The position numbers and the translations under genes are program-made. Shown here piece after piece: positions 23,205-32,728 of a DNA stretch of 64,000 bases. The stretch is from Gammaproteobacteria bacterium (GTDB taxonomy: Bacteria; Pseudomonadota; Gammaproteobacteria; CAKMZV01), in assembly GCA_965277625.1 (NCBI GenBank), contig OZ255827.1:1608550-1672549 (forward strand). The letters are read 5' to 3'. Below the pieces are notes generated by a model. It was not told the DNA's origin and made no database searches. It worked only from the letters and a program-made list of their open reading frames with translations. The first letter of the stretch is position 1. Each line of letters starts with the position of its first letter.

Positions 23205-24911
23205 TCACTTTGGCCTATTGATTTCTTTTACGCCATCATGAAAACGAATGGACAGCGGTTGTGATGGTTGCAAATCTGCCGATCTAACGACGAACGATCC
23301 TTGTTGTGAAACCAAGGCAAATCCGCGTTTTAATATGTTTTGTGGATCAGCTTGACGCACCAATGCTCGATGGTGACTCAGACGAATTTTTTCCTCTTTC
23401 AATCTTTTTTTGGCTTGGGTGTTAATGGCCTCAGATATGCTTAAAAGCAGCCGCTGCTTTTGATTGACCAGATTCTTAGTCTGCAACTGTAATCGCCTTT
23501 GCAACTCAGACAACTGCCTCTTTTGTTGCTTCATTAGCGGCGCGACGCTTTGTATCACAGGTAAGTGCCCTTGTATTTGAGACCGTTTAGAGAATACCGC
23601 CTGCTTTGCTTGTATCTGAATCTGATGTTGTTGTTTCAATAAGGTTGTATGCTGTTGTTGTAAGGTGTTTCGTGCAAGGCTCAGCTGGTGTAATTGACTG
23701 TGCAGTTTTTGTCTTTGATGATATAAGATTTGCTGCACCCATAAAGGTACTTTGGTAAAGCTGAGCAATTGCTGTTGTGTGGTTTGAATGCTTGTTTTGG
23801 CATATGTTTGGATATATTGCCAATTGTTAAGCGCGTTTAACCCCGAATCCATAATGTGTCGATGGATGAATCCAGCCACCTTTGTCGGTGTTGAAAAATT
23901 TAACTTGGCCACTTCGTCTAAAATGGTTGAATCGGCATCATGGCCAATACCCACCAATACGGGTATGGGAAAGCGGCAAACGCTTTGTGCCAGTTCATAT
24001 TCATTCAAATAATGTAAGTCGCCTTTGGCGCCACCACCGCGAATAATGACCAATGCATCAAACGGCGCTTGCTCATGCCTAGATAAAATTTGTTGCAGTC
24101 CTTGGACGATCGTTTGGCTGGCTTCTCGACCTTGAAACTGTGCTGTGAAATACTCAAATGCGCAAAGCGCTTGTAAGGGATCGGCAATGCGACGAAAATC
24201 ACCCAAGGCATGCGCCTGCTGCGGGCTGATCACGGCAATTCGGAAAAAATCCATTGGCAATCTGTGCGCCGATTGCAATTTATACAATTGGGATTCGATC
24301 AGTCTTGACCTAATTTCTTTGAGTTTAATGGCCATTGCACCCAATGTATAAGTCGGGTCCACATCTTCAACCACTGCTGAAAATCCATAAACACTGTGCA
24401 TGCTGGCCTTGAGTTTAAAGAGTACTTGTAAGCTTTCTGCTAAGGGTTGATTGGCCTGCTGTTGAAATTTGCTGTGTATGGTTTTGGCGTTGGATGCCCA
24501 TATAACCGTTCGCACCGAAGCAATTTTCTGTTTACGCTCGCTTTGTTCATATTCACTCAGAACAAGGTAGTAATGCCCCGATGCGCTTTTGGTAATGCTT
24601 TCAATCTCTGCTTTGACCCACTGACCATGGCTGTACAATTTTTTCACCATGGTATTTAAGGGTTCGAGAAAATCTGTGAGTTTGATGCCTTCATCTATCT
24701 GCCCTAAGGGCAAGGCGATATTTTCAGATACAACCGTCTTATTAATAGGCTGAAAACCCCTGTAATCATCATTTGGCAACCACTGCTTGAACATTGATAA
24801 ATCTGCGCTTTGGTTGATATACCAAAGCTGTTTGGCGGCATCCCAGCGTGCGCCCAGACTCTTAGCCTTATCTTTGTCTATATAAGGCACTTTTAAATAT
24901 TGTTTTTCCAT
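23205..24911 (-). CDS. xseA: Exodeoxyribonuclease VII large subunit with an N-terminal DUF5710-like extension
   Basis: 568-aa ORF. Residues from about 70 onward are collinear with E. coli XseA (OB fold, catalytic core IIRGGG, Q-rich coiled-coil tail). The first 60 or so residues (KVPYIDKDKAKSLGARWDAAKQLWY) resemble the small domain found at primase and topoisomerase C-termini. Confidence 0.8.
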   Translation of the reverse strand: MEKQYLKVPYIDKDKAKSLGARWDAAKQLWYINQSADLSMFKQWLPNDDYRGFQPINKTVVSENIALPLGQIDEGIKLTDFLEPLNTMVKKLYSHGQWVKAEIESITKSASGHYYLVLSEYEQSERKQKIASVRTVIWASNAKTIHSKFQQQANQPLAESLQVLFKLKASMHSVYGFSAVVEDVDPTYTLGAMAIKLKEIRSRLIESQLYKLQSAHRLPMDFFRIAVISPQQAHALGDFRRIADPLQALCAFEYFTAQFQGREASQTIVQGLQQILSRHEQAPFDALVIIRGGGAKGDLHYLNEYELAQSVCRFPIPVLVGIGHDADSTILDEVAKLNFSTPTKVAGFIHRHIMDSGLNALNNWQYIQTYAKTSIQTTQQQLLSFTKVPLWVQQILYHQRQKLHSQLHQLSLARNTLQQQHTTLLKQQHQIQIQAKQAVFSKRSQIQGHLPVIQSVAPLMKQQKRQLSELQRRLQLQTKNLVNQKQRLLLSISEAINTQAKKRLKEEKIRLSHHRALVRQADPQNILKRGFALVSQQGSFVVRSADLQPSQPLSIRFHDGVKEINRPK

Positions 24912-25918
24912 TAAACCACCTCTGCATGGGTGTTTTGCAAAGCGTCAGCGGTCTGCCAAATTGTGTCTATATCGTGCTTATGCCGTGATTGCGCCATCAA
25001 TTGACGCCAATGTTTCGCCCCTCGCATGCCAGCGAAAAATCCATTCAAGGGTCGAATGAACGGTATAACATTATGATCAGTTGCTGTGCTTGTTACGTAC
25101 TTTAAATACTGCTTCAGCACTTCTAAACGCAAACTGAGCGACGGTTGTTTTTGGTTTTCTATGACATAAAGCAACCATGGATTGACCCATGCTGCGCGAC
25201 CAATCATCACCCCATCAACGGCGGGTAATCCATCCCAGCCAGTCAAGTATTTTTGGGTTTTTTCTAATGAATCGATTTCGCCATTAGTGCACACATTAAG
25301 ATGGCTAAAGTCTCGCTTAAGTTGATGGGCATAAAAAGGTTTTAAAGGCGGCACCTTGCGATTCATTCTGGGGCTGATGCCGTTTAAATACGCGCATCTA
25401 TTATGGACGATGATGCCATCGCATCCAGCATCCACAAGCTGTCGCACAAATTGCACCAATTGCGCATAATCATCGTCACCATTTAAACCAATGCGATGTT
25501 TGACCGTAATCGGGAGGGCGGTTTTTTGCTTCAGGGCTTCTACCAAAGCGGCCACTGTCTGCGGTTCCTGCATCAGGCACGCCCCAAAACGCCCTTTGCG
25601 CACACGATTGCTTGGACAGCCTACATTGAGATTGATTTCGCTAAAACCCGCCATTTCTGCTGAACGGGCCACTTTGCGAATGGCGTCCGCTTCACAACCA
25701 CCTAATTGCAGGGCTGTAGGACCCTCCCCTTCGGCCATGGTGAAATAGTGCGGTTGTGGGTTATATAAGATGGCATTAACCGTAATCATCTCGGTGTAAT
25801 TCAAAACATTGGGACAGATCAAACGCATGAGTTTACGCATTTGCGGCGTGGTGTAGCCCATCATTGGCGCCAAACGGATCCGACCATATTGTTGAAAATA
25901 CGACTGATGCTCTGTCAT
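24911..25918 (-). CDS. dusA: tRNA-dihydrouridine synthase A
   Basis: 335-aa ORF with the Dus TIM-barrel (LAPMMGYT, NLNVGCP, KHRIG) and DusA-type length. Confidence 0.8.
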   Translation of the reverse strand: MTEHQSYFQQYGRIRLAPMMGYTTPQMRKLMRLICPNVLNYTEMITVNAILYNPQPHYFTMAEGEGPTALQLGGCEADAIRKVARSAEMAGFSEINLNVGCPSNRVRKGRFGACLMQEPQTVAALVEALKQKTALPITVKHRIGLNGDDDYAQLVQFVRQLVDAGCDGIIVHNRCAYLNGISPRMNRKVPPLKPFYAHQLKRDFSHLNVCTNGEIDSLEKTQKYLTGWDGLPAVDGVMIGRAAWVNPWLLYVIENQKQPSLSLRLEVLKQYLKYVTSTATDHNVIPFIRPLNGFFAGMRGAKHWRQLMAQSRHKHDIDTIWQTADALQNTHAEVV

Positions 25919-26362
25919 TGATTGACTTGCTCCTTACTTTATGACCTTTGTATTGGTGGGCTTTCTTAGCCGTTCATTGGGTTTCGTTTGAATAATCTTG
26001 TTTTTAAGTAACCCAATCCACTTAGCCTTTGACAAAGGGCGACTTAGATCACATACCTTTAGCGACTGTGTAACTGTACATTCATGCTCATTCAAAACCA
26101 CATCTATATTTTAATCCATTGGCATAATTTACACAGTTGAACTCACAACATCGAGACACAACATCAAGGGATAGAAATGCTTTGGATAAAATGATACAAT
26201 GCGCGCACTGATCGGTCATTTTATATTTTTAGCCGATGATGCATTCAATGATTTTCTGGGGCAGTCTTTCTCTTTAAATTCTAATTTTGGAGTGACGAAC
26301 TTTTAAAGGTTGCAGAAATGCGTGAATGCCCAAAACACTCTTTACTATAAGGAAATAATCCG

Positions 26363-27016
26363 ATGAGCATGCCTAATAATGCCCTTTTGACTTTATATTC
26401 AAATCCAACGTGCCCCGATAGCCATCGTGTTAGATTCTTAGCGTCTGAAAAAGAAAATTTAGTTGAAATCATCAACATATTCCCGCACGATTTACCCGAA
26501 GAACTCATCAATGCAAACCCTTACGGTACACTTCCAACGCTGATTGACAAAGACGTGGTGTTACGAGACGCTCAAGTCATGATGGAATATCTTGATGAAC
26601 GTTTTCCCAGCCCAACATTCATGCCGGTTGACCCCATTTCCAGAGCAAAAGTACGTATGATGTTGGTCAATATTCGCGAATCTTGGCTACCGCACTTTAT
26701 GGTTTTAAATGACATGAAATCCAGCGAAAAGAAACAGCAAACCGCCATTAAAGAAATCGGTAAAAATTTATTGGAACTGAAACCAACTTTTGGGCATTAT
26801 AAATTCTGTATGAGTAACAGCTTTACCTTGATTGATATTTCCCTTTCAGTCATTCTCTGGCGCCTTGACCATTACGGCATTGACTACAGTCATATGGGCA
26901 TACATTTTAATAAATACATGCACGAAATCTTTTCCAGAAAAGCTTTTGCTGCCAGCCTGTCTTTGTTTGAAGAAAACATGCGAATAATTCCAGAAACCGT
27001 CACCAACGATTCATAA
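26363..27016 (+). CDS. sspA: Stringent starvation protein A (GST-like)
   Basis: 217-aa ORF collinear with E. coli SspA (LPTLIDKDVVL, MEYLDERFP-P-MPV). A TACAAT-GCGCGC promoter-like element lies upstream at 26195-26206. Confidence 0.8.
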   Translation: MSMPNNALLTLYSNPTCPDSHRVRFLASEKENLVEIINIFPHDLPEELINANPYGTLPTLIDKDVVLRDAQVMMEYLDERFPSPTFMPVDPISRAKVRMMLVNIRESWLPHFMVLNDMKSSEKKQQTAIKEIGKNLLELKPTFGHYKFCMSNSFTLIDISLSVILWRLDHYGIDYSHMGIHFNKYMHEIFSRKAFAASLSLFEENMRIIPETVTNDS

Positions 27017-27045
27017 ATTAGCAACAACCTACTGGGTTATAGCCC

Positions 27046-28203
27046 ATGATTAAAAAGAATCCAGTCAGCCTCATCGTTGGCTGTGGCCGAATAGGCAACC
27101 TCATTGCCATACAGCTTGAAAACAAGCGCCATCAAGTCATTGGATTACGTAGAAACATTCAAAATCTCATTTCGGGCGTTGAGGGCTTCGGTGCTGACAT
27201 CACAGAACCCTTGCCTGATTTACCCGAAGTCGATCATTTCATCTATTGCCCAGCACCACAACGAAAATCCGAAGCCGACTACCAACGTCTCTACTACGAA
27301 GGTCTGCAAAACTGCATCAATGCCTTCACCATAAAACCTAAAAAATCTTGGGTCATATCCTCAACTCGGGTTTACAGTGAAAACCAAGGCGCCTGGGTCG
27401 ATGAGCAAACGCAATTAAACCCCAGCGATCAAAAACAGCGCATCTTAATTCAAATGGAGCAACTCGCTCAAACAGAATTATCCGCGTGTATTCTAAGATT
27501 GAGTGGCATCTACGATCAAAGCTCTGAACGCTTAATAAAATGGGCACAACAATCAGCCTATCCTTTTGCTGAACAGCATTGGAGCAACAGTATTCATGCG
27601 CAGGATGCAGCAAATGCTGTGGTACATCTGATGCACGTCGCTGACTCAAAACTTTATTTGATTTCAGATCAACAGCCCATAACCATGCAAGAAAAAATGG
27701 CAGCCATCTGCCAACAACTTGATTTACCTGCCGCACAAGCCATGCAGCCTGCTCAGACGACGGGCAAAAGAATCGCCACAACAAAATTAGCAGCCAGTGG
27801 CTTTGAGTGGCTCTACCCCAATGCCGGCCTTGGCTATCAATCAATCACCGAACAGCACCTTCAATTAGCCAAACTGACCGCTTTTCAAAGAAAGGTCCTA
27901 CAAATGACACAAGGTATTCCCTATGGCAAAGTCGTCAGTTATAAAATGCTTGCCGAATTAGCTGGCTCACCACGTTCTGCGCGGGCGGTGGGACAAACTT
28001 TGGCTATTAACCCTTGTGCGCCAGGCATTCCCTGCCATAGAGTCATCAGTAGCAATCGAACATTGCATGGGTTTTCTCAAGGTACTTCAGATGATAAACT
28101 TTTGGACAAGGTTAATCGCTTAAAAGCAGAGGGCATTCAATTGAAAAAAAGCCATGCGTTGATGAAGTATAAAGTGCCGAGAGACTATTTTTGGCAAATA
28201 TAA
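27046..28203 (+). CDS. Fusion protein: N-terminal NAD(P)-binding Rossmann (atypical SDR-like) domain + C-terminal O6-alkylguanine-DNA alkyltransferase (MGMT_C) domain
   Basis: Residues 1-260: GxGxxG-like LIVGCGRIGNLIA and an RLSGIYD motif. Residues 270-385: TAFQRKVLQ...IPYGKVVSY..LAE.AGSPRSARAVG...NP....IPCHRVISSN, which is collinear with Ogt/Ada-C and retains the PCHR active-site Cys. Confidence 0.7.
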   Translation: MIKKNPVSLIVGCGRIGNLIAIQLENKRHQVIGLRRNIQNLISGVEGFGADITEPLPDLPEVDHFIYCPAPQRKSEADYQRLYYEGLQNCINAFTIKPKKSWVISSTRVYSENQGAWVDEQTQLNPSDQKQRILIQMEQLAQTELSACILRLSGIYDQSSERLIKWAQQSAYPFAEQHWSNSIHAQDAANAVVHLMHVADSKLYLISDQQPITMQEKMAAICQQLDLPAAQAMQPAQTTGKRIATTKLAASGFEWLYPNAGLGYQSITEQHLQLAKLTAFQRKVLQMTQGIPYGKVVSYKMLAELAGSPRSARAVGQTLAINPCAPGIPCHRVISSNRTLHGFSQGTSDDKLLDKVNRLKAEGIQLKKSHALMKYKVPRDYFWQI

Positions 28204-28217
28204 TCGAGCTAAAACGA

Positions 28218-29099
28218 CTAATCCCAAAGATTTTTTCTTCCTAACATTTCCTGCAAATGATGATAATTTTCATAGCGGGATTGGTGGATTTGACCTTGTT
28301 CCATCGCTGTCCGAATGGCGCATTGAGGTTCATGTAAATGGCGACAATTGCGAAATTGACAGGTGCCTAAAAACGGCGCGAACTCTGGCCATGCCGGCGA
28401 AATGTCCTCAGGTATTTCAATGTCTAAACTTTTAATGCCTGGAGAATCAATGATACCCCCTTGCATTGTGTCGTCAAAATAATGTAGTAAGGTGTTGGTG
28501 GTGGTGTGCTTGCCTAAGCCCGAAAAATTCGATAAGGTTTGGGTTTTAAGCGTTAAGTCTGGGATGAGGGCATTGGTTATAGACGATTTACCAACCCCCG
28601 ATAAACCAACCAGTAAGTTGACTTTGTTGTTTAAAAGTGCTTTGAGTTGCTCAACCTGCGCCGAGGTTTGAACACTGCCAATCCAATAGCTGATATTCGT
28701 CGCCTCATACCTTTGCCTAAATCGTTTGACCCAAGCATCAAAGCTGGGTAAATCCGATTTATTCAACAGTAAAATGGGCTCAATTTTATGAATCCACGCG
28801 GCCAGCAACCACGTATCAATGTAATACCAATCCGCAAAAGGTTCGGAACTGAGCACTATGCCAAGTTGTTCAATATTGGTCGCAATAGACGACGATTTAT
28901 GCTTGTCACGCAGTCGCTTGAGTTCGTTATGACGTGGCTTAATACGGCTGACCACATCTTGTGCAATTTCAACCCAATCGCCAACGACGGGGCGTTGTTT
29001 CGATTTTAGATATTTATGCGTGGTCATCGCCCCAGTTTTCGGACATTTGCACAGCACATCAAAACCAAAATTGGCGATAACCCGTTTAAAATCGCTCAT
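28218..29099 (-). CDS. rsgA: Ribosome small-subunit-dependent GTPase A
   Basis: 293-aa ORF with circularly permuted GTPase motifs (NKSDL before GLSGVGKSS) and a C-terminal zinc knuckle (CQFRNCRHLHEPQC). Confidence 0.9.
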   Translation of the reverse strand: MSDFKRVIANFGFDVLCKCPKTGAMTTHKYLKSKQRPVVGDWVEIAQDVVSRIKPRHNELKRLRDKHKSSSIATNIEQLGIVLSSEPFADWYYIDTWLLAAWIHKIEPILLLNKSDLPSFDAWVKRFRQRYEATNISYWIGSVQTSAQVEQLKALLNNKVNLLVGLSGVGKSSITNALIPDLTLKTQTLSNFSGLGKHTTTNTLLHYFDDTMQGGIIDSPGIKSLDIEIPEDISPAWPEFAPFLGTCQFRNCRHLHEPQCAIRTAMEQGQIHQSRYENYHHLQEMLGRKNLWD

Positions 29100-29430
29100 A
29101 TAAATGATCCGTTTTTGCCGCGCAAATAAAATCGTTTTTAGTCAATCCATCACAAACCGCAGTAAACCATACGACACTGATTTGGCGGTATTTAAGCTCA
29201 ATAATTGGATGATGATCCTGTTCAATGGCCAATTCGCCAACCTGATACCCAAAAGATAAGAGTTTTGGATAACTTAATGGGCCATAATGTTTGATAATGC
29301 GATTACCTGAAGGCGCCAAAGACCACCCCGTTAAAACAGTCAACAAGGCTTCAATGGCAGCTGAATCTAAGGCACTATCGTCCTTGCGCACGGGATGGCA
29401 ATGACTTTCTCGTAATTCTTTTATGTTCAT
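29086..29430 (-). CDS. phhB: Pterin-4a-carbinolamine dehydratase
   Basis: 114-aa ORF with the PCD signature (EQDHHP, LSYPK). Overlaps the rsgA start. Confidence 0.75.
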   Translation of the reverse strand: MNIKELRESHCHPVRKDDSALDSAAIEALLTVLTGWSLAPSGNRIIKHYGPLSYPKLLSFGYQVGELAIEQDHHPIIELKYRQISVVWFTAVCDGLTKNDFICAAKTDHLYERF

Positions 29431-29558
29431 ATTGTTGTACTCTAAGGTATCAAGGCTAAATACACATGAGCATTATAAGGATATTTCTACTTCCAATAGC
29501 GAGTTTGAAACGTCTCATTTGAGCAAAAACGGGTAGAATACGCCTTCACTTTCTTAAT

Positions 29559-30314
29559 ATGGACACAATGAATTATTCTACTGATTTTAAGGTTTTCTCT
29601 GTCACTGGTGAGGATGCTGAATCCTTTTTGCAAGGACAGCTCAGCAATGATGTGAACATTGATGGCCCGACTGCTTTCTGTAACCCAAAAGGGGCGGTGT
29701 TGGCTCTGTTCATTCTAAAGAAAACCGAACAAGGTTTTCTATTAGCCAGTCAAGATGAGTGCATAGACGCCGTCATTCAAAGATTGCGCATGTTCGTCCT
29801 GCGTTCAAAAGTGGTCATTGAAAAAATAGATTCGGTGTTGATAGTCAATGCAGACAGCAATGAACATTCATTCTATGAAGCCCAATTGTCCCTACAACTG
29901 AGGGCGCAACCACTGACAGACGCCGTCTCTGCCACGCCCCAATTAATGCAGGCAGGCTTATTCAAACTGACCACTGAAACAAGTGGCCAATACACAGCGC
30001 AATTTCTTAATTTGGATCTAATCAACGCTCTGTCTTGGCAGAAAGGCTGCTATGTTGGACAAGAAGTCATTGCCCGTTTACACTACAGAGGCAAGGTGAC
30101 AAAACGCTGTTATCTACTCCAATCAGACAGTGCTTTTCCTGAAAAACCTGGCGACAATGTCACCTTGATGAACCAGCAAAATCAGCCGGTTCGCGGTGTG
30201 ATTTTACAAACCTTTGAAAATCAAGCCTTGGGCATTTTCAGTAGCAGGAGTATCAGTGACAAACTTACTTTAGATGCGAGAAATTTTTCAATCATCCCTT
30301 TTAGCTACGAATAA
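29559..30314 (+). CDS. ygfZ: Folate-binding YgfZ-like protein (GcvT-related)
   Basis: 251-aa ORF with N-terminal FSVTGEDAESFLQGQLSNDV typical of the YgfZ/aminomethyltransferase-like family. Confidence 0.65.
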   Translation: MDTMNYSTDFKVFSVTGEDAESFLQGQLSNDVNIDGPTAFCNPKGAVLALFILKKTEQGFLLASQDECIDAVIQRLRMFVLRSKVVIEKIDSVLIVNADSNEHSFYEAQLSLQLRAQPLTDAVSATPQLMQAGLFKLTTETSGQYTAQFLNLDLINALSWQKGCYVGQEVIARLHYRGKVTKRCYLLQSDSAFPEKPGDNVTLMNQQNQPVRGVILQTFENQALGIFSSRSISDKLTLDARNFSIIPFSYE

Positions 30315-30514
30315 AGTCAGGCGCTATTAGGCATCTTTAAAATCGTTTTGAATTTGGTTGCCTCTGCCAATGTTGCTAAAATGCTCGCCTCTACCAAAGC
30401 CTTTATCCATTGCGCATTTTCTCTTAATAATGTCACATATTTTGTACCCACATGATTGTGTGCTACTGGTATAATCCTCCCCCTTTAAATCAACAGCACT
30501 AGAGAATAAATATT

Positions 30515-30727
30515 ATGCCAAGCATTAAACTTCGTGACAATGATGCTTTCGAATCCGCATTACACTTTTTTAAACGATCTTGTGATAAGGCCGGCATCGT
30601 TTCTGAAGCGCGTGCCCGTGAATTTTACGAGAAACCAACCTGGGCAAAAAAGCGCTCAAAAATGATGGCTCGTAAACGCCTACACATCCGCCTTAGTCGA
30701 GAAAGAGCCATTTTAAGAGCTCGTTAA
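30515..30727 (+). CDS. rpsU: 30S ribosomal protein S21
   Basis: 70-aa ORF: [28 protein letters not shown]...EFYEKPT..KRSK. An extended -10 element (TGgTATAAT) lies upstream at 30467-30475. Confidence 0.95.
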   Translation: MPSIKLRDNDAFESALHFFKRSCDKAGIVSEARAREFYEKPTWAKKRSKMMARKRLHIRLSRERAILRAR

Positions 30728-30746
30728 TCCGTTTTCCGTTCTATTT

Positions 30747-31196
30747 ATGTCCCTCAAGGATGTCTTAAAAGAGTCTTTGCTAAAAAGCATGCGCTCAGGC
30801 GATAAGCTAGCGGTTGGTACCATTCGGCTTGTTAATTCTGAAATCAAAAAACAAGAAATTGATAAGCAGGTTGTTTTAGACGATCACGGTATTCTGGCCA
30901 TACTCAGTAAAATGAGCAATCAGCACTTGGAATCCATTGCACAGTTTGATAAGGCGGGGCGTCAGGATTTGGTTGAAAAAGAACAAGCCGAGCTTGAAAT
31001 CATCAAATTGTTTCTACCCAAACCTTTGACTCAAGAAGAAACTGAAACCATTATTTTAGAAGCCATGGCTGAGCTCAAACCAACAAGCATAAAAGATTTG
31101 GGTGCGGTCATTAGCCATCTAAAACCCAAGCTGGCTGGAAGAGCGAATATGAAATTTGTCAGTGAATTTGTCAAATCAAACTTGATGCAGTCATAA
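30747..31196 (+). CDS. yqeY: GatB/YqeY-domain protein
   Basis: 149-aa ORF in the YqeY family, in the conserved position after rpsU. Confidence 0.85.
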   Translation: MSLKDVLKESLLKSMRSGDKLAVGTIRLVNSEIKKQEIDKQVVLDDHGILAILSKMSNQHLESIAQFDKAGRQDLVEKEQAELEIIKLFLPKPLTQEETETIILEAMAELKPTSIKDLGAVISHLKPKLAGRANMKFVSEFVKSNLMQS

Positions 31197-31533
31197 CGCA
31201 GATTCTCTAAACGACCATTGGACATCAAAAATCTAATAACCGTTTTAAAATCCAGACACAATTAAAAGCCGAACACCCAGTGCTATCTGAGCCAGAATTG
31301 GTTATAAAGGCAACATAAAATACGGCTGAACGCTCACTGAAATCCCGCCTTATGAGCAGCACATTACTTGTAACAAACCGTGCAGTGATGGCTCTTTTAA
31401 ATGCCACTTAAAATCACTAAGGAACGCCGTTTCTTTTTTTGAGCAGATTTAAACTTCAGCCAGACACCCACCACTCATAATTTATAAAATAACCAATTGA
31501 CACCTAATATACACACTTTAGCGACGGCGATTC

Positions 31534-32718
31534 ATGGCTCAAAAACATAAAACGGATTGGTATCGATTTACAGTCGTTTTTGCTACCAGTACTTTTGTCG
31601 CTTTTTTGATCGGAAAGATGGCGCCTGCTTTGCCCACTCTAACAAGATCACTCGACATCAGTTTGTTTCAAGCAGGCATGTTGGTTGCAACAGTCAGTCT
31701 CATCTCGGCAACCTTAGCCATTCCCATTGGGATCTTTATGCAACGTGTTGGCATCCTACGGTGTTGTGTCTTTGCACTCATCTTAAGCGGCTTGGCTGGC
31801 ATACTTGGCGCATTGGCTGATGGCTTCATGCTGTTGTTGCTTAGTCGCATCATTGAAGGGTGTAGCTTGGTCGTTTGTTTCATTGGTATGCCATTATTGG
31901 CCATTTTCACCTCATTAGAAAACGATCAACCCTTAACCATGGGCATCTGGTCTGGATTCCTGCCCTTAGGGATGGCGATTATCATTTTGATTTCACCACA
32001 AGTGATTGACTGGGTCGATTGGCAAGGTCTTTGGTTGCTCATCGCTCTATCCCATGTCCTATTTTCCGGTATTCTATGGCTCAGTTTCTATTCTGATTCA
32101 CCTGCAAAAGCCATCATTAAGTTTAGCTTTTCTGTGCTGAATAGACCGCTTTGGAAGCGCGGTCTCATTTTTATGCTCTATTCAATTCCGTTCATAACCT
32201 TTATGACATTTTTTGTGACTTACTTGGTCAATGATTTGAATATGAGCATACTCCAAGCCTCGAAATACAATGCCATGGTGGTTGTGATGAATTGGTTTGG
32301 CTCTATCTTGGCTGGCATCTTATATAAAAGAAAAATACTGTCTGAACGGATGTTGTACATCATCGGATTCAGTACCATTATGCTCACCATGCCTCTATTC
32401 TTTTGGCCAGAATCGACCTTTATGCTGAAAATTAGCGTGGCCACGCTCCTTGGTTTGATATCAGGGTTCGTCCCAGGCGGGATTTACATTGTCTTATCTC
32501 AGCTGACACCCAACAAATCAAATCAACCCATTGCTTCAGCCTTTATTGTTCAAGGTGCTGGATTGGGGCAGTTATTGGGTCCATTAATTTTCACCGCCGC
32601 TGCCCAAGCTGTTGGTGGTTGGTATAATGCGTCGTACTTTGCACTATTGTTCATAGTACCTGGCATGATTATTGCCTGGACGGTGACCAGACCTCAATCC
32701 CAGACAAACACTCAATAA
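31534..32718 (+). CDS. MFS transporter (12-TMS)
   Basis: 394-aa ORF with a hydrophobic periodicity of about 12 helices. Confidence 0.7.
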   Translation: MAQKHKTDWYRFTVVFATSTFVAFLIGKMAPALPTLTRSLDISLFQAGMLVATVSLISATLAIPIGIFMQRVGILRCCVFALILSGLAGILGALADGFMLLLLSRIIEGCSLVVCFIGMPLLAIFTSLENDQPLTMGIWSGFLPLGMAIIILISPQVIDWVDWQGLWLLIALSHVLFSGILWLSFYSDSPAKAIIKFSFSVLNRPLWKRGLIFMLYSIPFITFMTFFVTYLVNDLNMSILQASKYNAMVVVMNWFGSILAGILYKRKILSERMLYIIGFSTIMLTMPLFFWPESTFMLKISVATLLGLISGFVPGGIYIVLSQLTPNKSNQPIASAFIVQGAGLGQLLGPLIFTAAAQAVGGWYNASYFALLFIVPGMIIAWTVTRPQSQTNTQ

Positions 32719-32728
32719 GGGAAACGCC

